DNA of 64,000 nucleotides from Callorhinchus milii (taxonomy: Eukaryota), in assembly GCF_018977255.1 (NCBI RefSeq), contig NW_024704743.1, positions 40,860,001-40,924,000 on the forward strand, read 5' to 3'. Positions 13,392 through 26,896 of the stretch are shown here, piece after piece (position 1 is the first letter of the stretch; each line of letters opens with the position of its first letter). Under the pieces are notes generated by a model that saw nothing but the letters and a program-made list of their open reading frames with translations, ran no database searches and was not told the DNA's origin. The translations under genes and the position numbers were made by a program.

Positions 13392-13880
13392 AAAAGCATA
13401 TGAACTTGTTGGCAAAAGAAGACCAAGGTCCTCCAGTTCACCTTCCAACTTCCTGGGAGTCTCATGACACGTTGCGTCCCAAACTATATATTATATCCTA
13501 AGATATTAGTTCCTAAAAGAAATCTATTTAATTTGTTCTAGAAAGATTCAACACTTTCTGCTTCCACCATCTCCCTAGGGAACCTGTTCCATATGTTTAC
13601 TACTCTCTCACTGAAGTAGTGTTTCCGCAGATTTGTTCTGAATTTACCCTTCAATCTCAGGCTGTGTCCTCTGGTTCTACTGTTCAGTTAAAGATAACGC
13701 AGCTTCCCACGATCTACATAATCTATTCCCTTCAGAATCCTAAAGACAGTAATCCTATAGCCCTTTAACCTTCTCATCTCCAGCGAGAACATGCCCAGTT
13801 TATCTATTCGCTCCTTGTAGTCCAGTCCCTCCATCACCTCAATCAATTTGGTTGCCCTCCTCTGTATCCTCTTCATATGT
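13392..13880 (-). mobile_element. CR1 LINE 3' fragment
   Basis: ORF 13688..13876 reads RIQRRATKLI...LGMFSLEMRRLKG, a typical CR1 C-terminus. Confidence 0.85.
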
Positions 13881-14924
13881 TTTGTATTGTATTACATGTA
13901 CATCTCTATTCCCATATTTCCACTATTAACACCTGACTCTGAAGACTGCATTCTCTTCTTGCCTGGCTCAGTTCCACAGAAATCATTGGGTAATGTGAAG
14001 TACATGTTCACTGCACCTATCATTCAATTTTCCAATACCATTGTCAAACAGATACATAGCCAATTCATTTTGGAGTACTAAACTCATTTACTACTTGATT
14101 CAAAAGCAAATTGAATGAAGATCAACTTGTTTTACTTCATTTTTAATCCTGTAAACCAACCATTATATTGTTCTCTCTCTACCTCTCTATATATCTTCAT
14201 CTTGAACCTGGTTCTTAATTCACATATAATTCTATTTCATAAGTAGAATTACTTTCCTTTAAATATTCCTGTAAATCATTTATTATTACATGGTATTTTC
14301 TGCAGTTCCATATTTGAATTGCTTCTCAGTCTTCCTGCTATGCAATTTCAGCACCATTTAAAGTGGTCATTAACATTGTTTTCATTTTACTGAGCCCAAC
14401 TTACAAAAGATAGTGTGAGTTACTCTGAGGCTATCATTTATTTTTGAGATTCATGTAGGCTTTGCTCTTGATGACATTTGAACCACTAGACAAAATTACA
14501 GGCTAGTGATTCGCTCTCAGCTATCTATGATTCCCTATATATATCATATTTATTGTCCATGTGCTTCATTCATGAGTAATGTGATGACCTACTGGACTAT
14601 ATTATAGCCTCTACCAATCTAATGCATGTCTGTAACAGAGTGCCATATTGTAAAATCTAAACTGCCTTTGTACGGTAGCGACACCTTCTATCATTTGATG
14701 TTGACAATTTCTGCCTCTCTAAGCAATGGGGAAGTTTTATTATTGATTTTTAATGTTGAAGTTGCAGCTAAAGTTTGTAGAAATAATTGATACTGTGCCT
14801 CTGGTAATTTAAGAGCTGTGGCTGATATCATTGCTAACTTTTTCTGACTATATCACCCGGACCAGCTGGTGAACACCCAATCTTTCATTTGCAGGGCAAT
14901 CTCAAAACATTGTAAAGAAATAAA

Positions 14925-15335
14925 TAAACCTTGCATTTGATACAAAGCCTTTCATGCTAAGGAGTTTCAAAGCACTTTATTCGATTTACTGTAAAGTGTA
15001 GTGATTGTATCTGTAGGCAAATGAAGCAGCAATTTACGCACAGCAATGTCCCACAAACAACCATGAAATGAATGACCAATATAATTTGGGGAGATTGTTG
15101 ATTAGGACAATGGTAAAAACTCCCTTCTCTTTTTAAATAATGCAATGGGATCATTACCATCCACTTGACTATGCAGATGGTAGTTTTCATTCAAAGGATG
15201 GTGTCTCCAACAATGCAACATATCCCAGCACTAATTGGAGCATCAGCCTATACTATGAGTTCAAAGTTCTGACGTGGGGCTTGAATTCACAACTTTCTGA
15301 CTCAGAAGGGAAGAGTTCTAGCAAATGAGCTGGGC
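14925..15335 (-). mobile_element. Older full-Deu SINE
   Basis: Tail, Deu core and tRNA-like head (ctttctgactcagaagggaagag). Confidence 0.75.
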
Positions 15336-18300
15336 TAGTAGACTACAGATTTATCTAGAATTCAATGAGGGCAGAATGACACCATCCACTAGAGCCTCAA
15401 TCTTGTGCCCTCTTTCAAGGTCTTCAAATCACATCTGAAGAACGTGCGTCTTCGACCATGCTTTCAGTCACCTCCCTCCTTCCCAGCTCGGTGTCAAGCC
15501 ATGCCACTGTTAAGTGCTCCAAGATATGAAAGATACTATATAAAAGGTACTACCCATGTGAAAGGTACTATATAAATATAAGTTGTTGCTGTTGTTGTAA
15601 GGGAAACATGATGGTCCTGCAGTCTCCAGAGCTGAGAAAACTCAGCTAAAGAGAATGGTTTTCCTCAATACATTTACAAGCATCAACATTTGTGCTAATA
15701 TTTGGCCCAGACTTAACCTGAGTGCAACTGCGCACAGCACAACCACAACAATGTCACATTGCAGTAGTCTTTCAACGGCAATGTAATTGCACTCGGGAAT
15801 TTAAAGAAATTTTAAAAATAATTTAAAAGAATTTAAATTATTCAATCAAGTATCACAAACTGACATTCAAAATTGGCCGACCTCAAAGTGATTGGGGGGT
15901 GTCATGAGCCTCCCACCCCCCCACTCCCACTAGCTCCGCACTGATATAAATTCCACCTCTGGAGTCCTATATTACTTTGTGACTGAGGGTGGGCTAAGGG
16001 CATTTTATTTTTACAATTGTGCCTGTACAGAATATTTCCAAACATCAGAGATGATACAAACTACCAAGTGAATAATTTTGCATTTTCTTAAAAAAATACT
16101 TTTGACTCACGTTCTGCATATGATGTTTATGTGACTTTCCCTCAGTGTAAACAAGACCACAGCACTGGAAGCTCACAATATTACAAAAGAGTTTTCCTTG
16201 TGGTAGTATGTTTTGAGAAACAAAAGTATATTGAAGCACATTTGATGTGAAATTTCAAAATTCTGCTGCACAACTTGGAAAAGGCAATGAAGTATAAGTC
16301 AATTGTCAGTTCACCGGGTGCTGTATATCTGTGAGGAAATTCAGACCAAGGGATTAATGATTGTGCTTCAATTACTGTAAGTTTATGGAGACATACTTGG
16401 CAGTTCATTTCCAGGAAATTCCAGGCCTCTGTATAATCTGTAATACTTCTCTCAAGGTGCCAAGTGGATCATTTGCATTTTCTTTAAACTTAAATTCTTC
16501 TCTTGTTCCTTACCTGGGATCGCAATGCTTTTTGCAAAGTACACAGTCAATTGAAATTCAAGTCAGATTCACAACTTAAATAAGGGAATAGTGTAGTTCT
16601 TTAAACTAGAGTGTTTGAGCCACTCTTTAAATCAATGCCAAGAGTGCATCAATTGCACATTGAGTGTTACACCAAGGTTTCAGTCAGTGGCACTCGATCA
16701 AATGATTCTTGGTACCGTACCTACCTATATATGGAGAAGCTACTGTGATAGCAGGATCTAAAACATGTTGATTTCAACCTGGATTTCTTAATAAGACCTC
16801 CACATTGAAAATGAGGATTCTTTGCATCATGTTGTTCAGCTGGTGTTCATACTCCACATAAGCCCTCACCCCTTCAATTGGTCTCTCCTATACACGTTTA
16901 TTCCCGTTCCCTTGATGTATACATCAAGTTTCTAGTTAAATGCATTGATTTTCTTTGGTTCAACCACAGCTTACAGCAATGGGTTCTACATTCTCACGGT
17001 CCACTTTGTGAAAAAGTTCTTCCTCAACTTCCTATTAGATCTACTTCTAAATATCTTATATTTATGCCCTCTCATTTTGGACTCACCAACAATCCAGTAA
17101 CTGGAAGTGGATCACAAGTATCTATGATGCACTTACGGTGACTGGAAGAGATCTCGATTTGTACAAGGAGTCCTTATCAAGGAATTCCATTTGGAATTAA
17201 TGCACTTTAGACCTCAATCATTCTTTACACATTTCAAACACAGTATCAAAGGGTTTTATTGTACATTTGTTGTTACTCATCGAGGTTAGGGATGTTTGTA
17301 CTGAGAAATCAGATACTTTTCAAGAAACCATATGTCTGAGCTATCATTTCTTGGTATAACCTGAATGAGCAAACGAGTAAAGCTCGCTGATTTCTGCCTC
17401 AAGAATGGTCTGATTCTGGAATCCAATGACATCCTACCAACATGAAAGGCTCTATATGAATGCAATTTATTGTTGAACCCTTTCCTGGCAGATGATGTTA
17501 AGGGGGAGCATGTGGATGAGAAAAAGGAGAGGACCAAAGATAAAGCCCTGAGAAATACTACAAGTGATAAGTTGGGTACAGGAGGAAAACTTAATACAGG
17601 AGTCATATTGAAGACACTGGGATAGGTAAGAGTGAAGATACTTGCAAGCTTATTACGTTCTTCAAATTACATCACCAATCCAAAATCACATTTGCCATGT
17701 CGTGAATGGAATTTCTACCACCAAGTGAGCCCATTTATGTGATATAAGTGGCTTCAGATGCATTGTTGATCATGTATCCTCATCTCTTGCCTCACTGCTC
17801 CTCAGTTTGCAAGCATCAGTCTGGACCTCAGATATGTGCACCACTGCCACTGTTGATACTATTCCTGACTGGTCAGCAGAACATATAGTTTATGTTGGAC
17901 TGAATGCACCTTTTTCTTCTTCTCGGAGATTGAAAGTCTCATTTCTGAAGGATAATTATTGTTGATGCATGGCTCAAAACTGACAAATAACATTGCACCA
18001 AGGCAATTTAGTTCCAGTGACAGACCAGCCATGAGATTCTAATTCACATCGTCCTGGCTGGATGTCAAGAATCTTAATTGCTTGAGCAACCAGACGTGTA
18101 CACTTTACACTGTTAAAAAAAAGTCTAACGTTGGCACTTTGATATTGGCAAGCATTAATTATCATTTCCAAAAGCCATCAAAGCGTGAATAAAAAAGCTG
18201 GGGAATACAACACTGGCTCTCCACAGCCATACGTTTCTCTCTCTTTCTGGCCTTTTTCCACACAAAATTGCTGGCCCCAAAACAAATCTCACAGAGACTT

Positions 18301-18879
18301 AAATCAACACTTTCCAATCCTTTTACATGGGGTCATATCACATCTACTAGTTAAAGACATTCAAATGCTATAGTAACAGTGATCATGTAACAAATTGCAC
18401 TCTTGTTCCAAGTCTCTTTCAGGGCTGCTTTTGTAACTTGGCCAGCTATACCTATACCCAGAAAATAAAAAATAATAATCCTTGCATTTGATATAGCGCT
18501 TTATCATGTTTCCAAGACGTCTCAAAGCACTTCACAGAATAGACTGTAAAGTGAATTGACCGTATATTTGTGGGTGATTGTGGGATCTTAAGCCCCATTG
18601 AGAGATATGATTTTTGTTCTGTCTAACTGGGCTGCACTCAATCTCTTGTAGCAGAGGAGAAGTGTCAATTTGTTAATCTAGTTCACCAACTAGGGGCAAA
18701 TAATATAACCTTTGCATTGATATAGTACCTTATCATACTACCAATAAGTCGTTCACATGATTTTACTATTTAGTGTACTGACATATATTTTGCAGGCAAA
18801 CACTGCAACCAACGTACATGGTACATTCTAAACCTGGTAAAATTGATGTATTTGGTGCTATATTGTTGCTCTGGTCCTC

Positions 18880-19016
18880 CTTGGGGAGGATAAGTTTGCA
18901 GGGCTATGGGGAGAGAGTGGGGGAGTGGGATTGATTTAGATAGCTCTTTTCAAAAAGCCGGCACAGATACAATGGGCTGAATGGCCTCCTTCTGTGCTGT
19001 ATAATTCTATGATTCT
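18880..19016 (+). mobile_element. CR1 3' end
   Basis: gccggcacagatacaatgggctgaatggcctccttctgtgctg plus (attctat)n tail. Confidence 0.8.
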
Positions 19017-19257
19017 ATATTATGCTCATAATGCAATGTTCACATTATAAGTACACAAACAAGGTCTGCAACATTCTTTCCCAATAGAAATGTGCACCTT
19101 AATTCTCCACCTCTAACACTCTGTATCAGGATCATTATTATTCTCTTATTTGTTCTACAACAGCATTAAATACCCAATTCATTTTGATTACATCAGATCA
19201 GGGATGTCCCTGCAGAATTATGCCGTCATAATCAAGTCAATTAAAGTATGACCAGGT

Positions 19258-19625
19258 ATACAACAACAGCAACAACTTGCACTTATATAGCACCCTCCGT
19301 GCAAGGTAGCGTCTCAGAGTGGCAGAACCTGACTCCGAGCCGGGGGGAGTGGGGAGGTGGCCGTAAGCACGGTTGAAGAGGAAAGTTTTCAGGCAGGACT
19401 TGAAAGAGGGGAAAGAGGGGCCAAGGCGGAGGGAATGTTCACGAAGAGTGTTCCAGAGCTTTGGGGTGTAGTGGCTGAAAGCACGACCTCCAGTGGTGAG
19501 GCAGAGGTTGCAAGGGACGATCGGGAGGCTGGTGTCAGTCGAGAGGACGTGCCGGGTAGTGGATTGGGGAGTGAGGAGGGGAGACTTAGGAAGGTGCCAG
19601 GGAGTGAATGAATTTGAATACGAGT
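19258..19625 (-). mobile_element. L2 3' fragment
   Basis: GGRAFSHYTPKLWNTL...FKSCLKTFLF and a (CAA)n tail. Confidence 0.85.
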
Positions 19626-19753
19626 GTAAAAATATGGAAGTAGGTCCTTTTATTCTTCCACATCCGGTCATTCTTTAACTGTCTTGAGAGCAGTTATTTT
19701 TGACAATAGATGATGAAAGTAGAAACAGTGAACCATACCACAGGAGTATCCCC

Positions 19754-19975
19754 AATAATAATAATCCTTGCATTTGACATAGCACCTTATCACATCTTTG
19801 AAACGTCTCAAAGCGCTTCAAAGAATATACTGTAAAGTGAATTGACTATATTTGTGGGTAAAACTCAGCAACCAATTGCGCACAACAGCAGTGTCCCACA
19901 AACATTTGTGGATTGAGTGACCAATTTTTTTTATTTAAGGATTATTACCCCCGGAAAAGTAATCCGCATCCACTA
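19754..19975 (-). mobile_element. tRNA/Deu SINE long subfamily, 5' truncated
   Basis: Tail and Deu core, ending in ccccggaaaagtaatcc. Confidence 0.8.
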
Positions 19976-21521
19976 GATCTGCCTTTATATTCCTCTTAAT
20001 ATTCAACCACATTAATCACGTAACTATGAGGTAATGAAGATCAACTTTCTGTTTTGGAAAGTACCATTGAAATTCTGTGTTCAGTGATTTATTCCCCATT
20101 ATCTCTGTAGGTGGAGCCTGAGAGCTGGAGAGGCGAGTATTTACAGTGTAATTTATGTTGATTCCATCACTTTTAATAATCTTGCCCTTTTATTGTAGCC
20201 TACGCTGAAAGAAAATTAAGCAGATGTATTATTAACCTTAAAGTACAGACACTCTGTTGATAATTCCTTCACCAATAACATTAAACATTAAGACGTTGGC
20301 TTTACAAATGGAGGGTAAGAATAAGCTGAAGAGCTTTAGGAGACTTCATTACAAAATGTGTAATTTGAATAAATAAGCAAATTCAAATGTCAATTGTGCT
20401 TCTGACAGCCATATCAAAATGTTTCCTAGCCCATTTTGAATGATTTAATAAAACATATCCATTTTAAACAAAATAAACTCAATATGTTTTCCCCCTATAT
20501 TTTCACCCATTTTCACACAACAGCCAGATAAATGCCAATTCTTAATTATATTCTGTAGATTTATCAAGCCACAATCTAGGAATCTCACACTTAACTTGTT
20601 AGCTCATTAAATACAGCCTGAACATGAATATTATAGCTTTATTTCTGTTCCAAGTGCACGCACAATCTACACTTATCGTGGTCTCGGATGATCTCTTATG
20701 TCTATTTCAGCTTTATGACCCTACTGTGAAGAGAAAAATGAGAATCTGAGATACGATTCTGGCACACAAAGAAATACATTAAGAAATTTAAAAAGTGTCT
20801 ATCATTGTCAGGAGTTTTTTTTAAATAAATAAAATTGTGAACTATGTGATCTCCATTTTAAAGGGTTAATACAACCACATACTTCTCTAGGTTTCATTTT
20901 GAGTGCTGTCGCTTTTTTTAAACATTTAAAAGAATATAAATGGCTTTCATTGGGATGTTGAGTTCCACCTGCAGAGATAATGGGGAATAAATCATTGAGC
21001 ACTCAATTCCTCCAGCACTTTTCAAAACAGAAAGTTGGCCTTTGTTACCTAAAAACTATTTGAATAATGCGAAGCCCCTAGGCTGCCAAGACTCACATTC
21101 TCACCCTTATCACATCCTGGCTTGACTATTCAAATTCTCTAATTGCCAGGATTCCCAACTCCTCCTTGCACAAACTGCAGAATGTCTGTGACGCTTCCTG
21201 TTTACCTAATCTCAGAGAGAATTAGGCACAGGTTGGTGAGATCTTGGGGAACCCAAAATGTGTGTTTGGGTACTGCTAGAGTCTAATAAACTGCATAGCT
21301 TGCCATAGACTCCATTGTTTGGCAAGCTTCCCCTCTCCAAGTCCTACCAAAAAGACAGGCTGATGCAAAAACACATTTGTTGAAATCTTATGGCGTCATT
21401 ATTTCAAGAATATACAAAGTTAGTCTGATCTGTTATTAGCAGTATCCACCTGGCTCAGGAACTGAACTACTGAGTCCACCACAGAGGATTGACTCAATTT
21501 CAATATTTCTTTGCCAACCAA

Positions 21522-21950
21522 GTCACCTTCAAGTTATGAGTCAGAAGGTTGTGGATTTAAATCCAATGTTGGGACTTGAATTCATATAGACTAAACTGAC
21601 ACTCTAAATCAATGCTGTGGGTGCTGGGAGGTGGGTTATATTGTCAGAGGTACTGTCCTTCAAATGAGATGTTAAACAATGGTCCCGTCTACCTGTTCAG
21701 GTAGATGTTAAAGATCCCATGGCACTGTTCGAAAAAATAATGGAGATTCTCCCGGTGTCCTCGGTGACAATCCCCCAAATAAAGTTGGACACTTGTTTCA
21801 TGGCTGTTTGTGAGATGTTGCTGTGTAAAACTGTGTGCTGCATTTGTGCATAAATACAGTCACCCCATTTCAAAGTAATTCCGATGAAGAGCTTTGAGAC
21901 ATCCTTCCGACATGATAAGGTGCTAAACCAAATGCAAGAATTATTATTAA
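21522..21950 (+). mobile_element. Older full-Deu SINE, near complete
   Basis: tgagtcagaaggttgtgg head, gagatgttaaac...aaagatcccatggcact core and tgcaagaattattatt tail. Confidence 0.8.
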
Positions 21951-22302
21951 AGCTCCAAAGAGATCCTACTTCCCTCCCATTGAAGAAGAAGAATCGCTAT
22001 TTAGTATTTTAGTAACGAGGGTTATTATGGGGCACCATAAACTCCCAGTGAGCTTCTGGGTGAACAGCATTACTTAGGATGAATTGTGTGAGAGGATTGC
22101 CACCTTACTGCCACCCACAGCTCAGCCACAAGTCCCTGCCCACTGAACGATGGCTCCATTAGTTGAAAGCATGGAGCTTCAGTAACAACTGCTTAACTCT
22201 CGGCAGAACAATCAAAAAGATTCAAAGCCCTGAATATACGAGAGTGCAATCAGTTCAGGGAATACTGACTTAACTTCAGCTTTATTAAAAGTATTTCCTG
22301 AC

Positions 22303-22932
22303 CTTTTCTCATGTTATCATTTGCCTGTAGAAATATTGTGCAAAGTGTATCTGGGTCCTTTTTTTAAGAATACACTGCAAATTTGAGCCGAATACTTGTA
22401 ACTCAAAGCAAAAGATATAATAATAATAATAATAATCATCATCATCCTTATTCTTGATCTAGCACCTTTCACAATGGGTGGACAAAATGCAGGGATTTGT
22501 GCAGCACAGGATCAAATGTTGTCTAGACTGAACAGTTACAGCAAGTAACCTTTGGACAAAGCCTTTTCAATGAAGCAAGGAGGTTTCTGCAGTACTTATC
22601 AACTGGGCCAGCTTCAGTAGTGCAAAGTCCCATGTTGTGGTATGTGCTCTCCTATGTATTATAAAGTATTGTAGTACTAACTGTTTGTGGGTCATTGATG
22701 TGTGCAAATTGGCTGTCACTTTCTACCGACAAATACACAGTCACTACACTTTGAGTTGTCCGCTCATTGTGAAAGGTACTAGATCAAGAATAAGGATGAT
22801 GATTATGATTATCATTATATCTTTTGCTTTGAGTTACAAGTATTCGGCTCAAATTTGCAGTGTATTCTTAAAAAAAGGACCCAGATACACTTTGCACAAT
22901 ATTTCTACAGGCAAATGATAACATGAGAAAAG
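22303..22932. repeat. Long inverted repeat: arms 22303-22485 and 22756-22932, 270-bp spacer
   Basis: The outer ~118 bp are exact reverse complements (checked base by base). The inner SINE-tail part has about 3 substitutions and a different microsatellite. Confidence 0.95.
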
Positions 22933-23760
22933 TTGGTCCAAATGCTCCTAACAAACATTGATACATAATAGCAAATGCTCAACCACACTGGTAGCAGCTG
23001 AGTGACTAAGGAATAATATCATTTAAATTAGCAGATTATCTCTGGTGAAATTAGAACCTTTATGATTCCCAGAACATTAACTCTCACTGATGAGTAAAGG
23101 ATATTTGTTAGATATTCTATATTACTACAAGCAAACAGGGGAAATGGAGTGAGTTTTACACTCGCTCAGAATGGATAAATAATTATGTTCTTCTTCCACA
23201 AGCTGCACACGTGTTCATTGGGACATACTTTTGGGAAGATACTAAAAAATACCTATGGGTGGCATTATTTCAAGACTGAAAGAAGTAATACCAAGAAAAA
23301 TGGTGTTGCAGAGCCTGAATATTATAGGACACGATATGTGCTCAGCGCCCCATAGTGGCCAAAAAAATGCAATATGCTTTTATAGAGCATGAGAATATAC
23401 AAAAAAATTTGCTTAAGGCTGACTGTCAAAATCCTGCAAACCTACCTTGAATCCCTCATTCAAGTGATTACTGAGAAGATGGCTGTGTGTGTTGAAAAAT
23501 AATAATAATTCTTGCTTTTGATATCACGCTTTTCATATCAGAAAGATATGTCAAAGTGCTTCACTGTAAAGTTCAGGACTCTGTAGTTGGAGGCAAATAT
23601 GGGAATTCTTGTACAGCAATGTCCCACAAACAGTCCTGAAGTGAATGATGAAGTTTATTTGGGGAATTCTTGCCAAGCCAGTGGGAGAAACTGGCCTTCT
23701 CTTTTCAGTTAGTGCAATGGGAACTTTAACATCCACCTGGTAAGATTGCATTGCCAAGAT

Positions 23761-24131
23761 AATAATAATATTCCTTGCATTTGATATAACGATTTTCACG
23801 TTTTCTAGACCCTCAAAGTGCTTCACAGAATATACTGTAAAGTGAATTGACTCTAGTTGTGGGCGAAATGTAGCAGCCAATGGCAGACAGCAGTGTCCCA
23901 CAAACATTGGTGGATTGAGTGACCACATTTTTAAAAAAATTTTATTTAAGGATTATTATCCCCGGAAAAGCTATCCACCAATCAACTAACAACTGGGTTC
24001 CTACTTACTGCTAGATACACAGAGGCATGTGGAGTAAGGAAACTTGCCCAACATTTCGCCCTGCAGAGAATTCAAGCCAAGCCTCTTGGTTGTGAGGCGA
24101 GTGCTCTAACCACTGAGCTACAGGACTCCAC
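23761..24131 (-). mobile_element. tRNA/Deu SINE long subfamily, full length, nested in an older Deu-SINE (~23495-24235)
   Basis: Complete head to tail. Flanked by CAAGAT at 23755-23760 and 24131-24136, a probable TSD. Confidence 0.9.
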
Positions 24132-25067
24132 AAGATGTATTGGTATCAGCCTGGATCACAAATTCAAATATCCAACTTGAAGTTTGAACATATAACCTTC
24201 TGACTCAGATGTGAGAGAGCTATCAACTGAGCAAGGTACACATATGAACTAGGCTGATGGCAATTAATGCAAAAATATGAAAGCAATGTTTTTCCAGGGT
24301 GTGGACCAAGTCTTTAACCCATTGCCTACTGGCTGTCAAAACTCACAAGGTATCATAACAATGAGAGACTGTCATCATAACGCTCAACCTAAATATCGAT
24401 AATACAATTATAATATTCTAACTTAATGCATAACACAGTCCTCTAAAAATATGAATTAGTGTAAAATATGATATGAGATTTTGAACAATTATTTGTAAAT
24501 AAAAAAATCCCATCCCTATGCTACTGATTTGAACAATAACTTGCATTTATAGAGCATTTGCACTTCACGCAGGGTAATGTCCCGGACTGCTTATTAATAA
24601 ACAAATGTATTTTATTCACATAGGATGTAGAGCTCAGAGATTAACAGCCGAGGTTCAAGCAGCCTGCTTTGCAATCCAGCCCTGTTTTCTCCGTGACTGA
24701 AGGTCACCATGATTCAAAATACAGCACTAATGCATCAAAGCAAAGATTTGGCACTAAATTAGATGAAGCCCAGTGGAAAATGTTCCAACTGTGTGCACAG
24801 ACATGTCTTGAATATACATATATACCTGCACAGAGGATTCTGCAGTTACAGTTGGGAGATCAACAGTTCTGGCTGTATGTTCCTGAGAAAAGGCTTGTAT
24901 AACTGGCGGTTGAATTATTATAGAAAGCATACTTGATGCAGCCAGGCTGTACTACATTCACCTACAAAACACAGAAGCACTCCACTCAACAATATAAGTG
25001 CTTTGAGAGACTTCCTGATGTGAAAGGCATTATATCATCAGTAAGGATTGTTATTATTTTATGGATT

Positions 25068-25470
25068 TACATAGATTATACACATGGAAAAAGGTGATTC
25101 AGCCCAATTAGCCCATGCCGATATTTCAACTCCCCATGAGTCTCCATCCTCTCTTTCCTTCCTTTCATAGCTTTCTATTCCCTTCTCCCTGATGTGTCTA
25201 TCTCGTTTCCTCTTAAGAACATCTAGACAAAGAATTGTACAGCGCAGAAACAGGCCATGTGACCCAACCCATCCTTGCCTGTGTTAGTACTGCATATGAG
25301 TTTCCACCCCCTTCTTACTCCCTCCCATACCCTTCTATTCCCCTCTCCTTCATGTAAAAATCTAGCTACCTTTTGAATGCATCTATACTATCTGATTCAA
25401 CCATTATTTCAGGCAGCAAGTCTCACTGGCCTCTGCGTGAAGTACTTCCTCCTAAATTCTCTTTAATCTG
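25068..25470 (-). mobile_element. Two adjacent CR1 3' ends
   Basis: Two CR1 3' UTR hairpin motifs (aggtgattcagccca; caggccatgtgaccca), each followed by similar ctattcccc sequence. Confidence 0.65.
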
Positions 25471-26896
25471 CATGATCCATGGTTTTGCTGTTTGACTACT
25501 TAGAACTGATTCAGCAATTGGAAGTGTAGACTTGTTCTCAACAATTTGAGACACAAGATGTTAAAAGGTAGGGCATCTGTCATGAAACTTTTCAGTGTTT
25601 CATACCGATAAGGTGCTCTATTACCAGTATTTGCTATACCTCTCTCTCCCTTCGCTGGAGCTGCACTTCACTGTAAATTATGTTTACCTATCATCTTTAC
25701 TTAGTGTGGCTTCCAACTTGCTTTACTTAAGTCAAAACTGGTGATTTGCTTCTGAGGGGAGTTGCAGAGCATTGGTCTGAGACTCATCCATGTAACTGCA
25801 GGATTTTCTACTTTACAGATTGTTTGGTGAATTTTGCAACATAATCCCCAATTTCTCTCTTTTTCATCTCTTGTCACTTGTCCTGCTTCTTAACATTTTA
25901 GCCCCGATATTCCATCTAGCATTGGGTAATAATAATAATAATAATCCTTGCATTTTATATAGCACCTTATCATGTCTTCAAGATGTCTCAAAGCACTTCA
26001 CAGAATACACTGTAAAATGAATTGACTATATATTTTTGTGGGGAAAGACTGCAGCTAATTGTACACAGCACTGATAGAATTGTGCACAATTGTAAAACTT
26101 CAGTCTGAACTTGGAAGCCATCTTTGTGTAGTTCTTAAATAACAGACTTCCAAATTAAGATTGAATTTAAGAATTTTCTACAATTTTGCTCAATCTGAAA
26201 TTTTACAACTTTTTATTTTTAAAATAATCATATGAGCTAAGATTATGTGGATTTGGGGCCTTACAAAAGGATCCTTTTTGTTCTATTGCCTAGAAAGATA
26301 GCACATCCCTAAAAAATGAATGTAGGGATTTAAAAAATTTATTCAGCAAAAATCTTACCGTAGGAACTATTTTAATTTTACAACAATCTCCAACAAAAAG
26401 CTAATTTGATTGCCTCATCAACCTTGTTGGTTTGATTGCTTTCATTTGAATGAGATCAGGTCTTGTCTGGGTGTTTTCAGATGTATTTCAAGATCCCATG
26501 AAAGGGGAGTTTCTCTCAGTGTCTTGGCCAACAATCTTCCAGATATGTTGATCATATGATCAATCTGGATGAAGAAGGCCCTTCGGCCCATCTCATCTCA
26601 CCTCTCCAGACTTTTACTGATCCCCTATCATTGCATTAAGCTACTTTTCAAAACAACTCCAGGGTCCTGGCCTCTCTCAACTTTCCTAGCAACCTATTCC
26701 AGTTGGTAATTAACTTCTGAGTAAAGAAAAACGTCCTGGTGTCTGTCCTGAAATGGCCCTTTCAACTCTAAACCTATGTCCCTTGTTCTCTTGTCATGAT
26801 ACATCCTAAAGTAATAATCCACTTCACTGTACATTCTGTGAAGCACTTTAAAATGCCTCGAATGACATGATAAGGCATTATATATATAGCCAAACG

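Noticed and set aside
12968..13612. Direct repeats suggesting LTRs
   Set aside because: Both are fragments of the same CR1 3' end, with no TG...CA termini or PBS.
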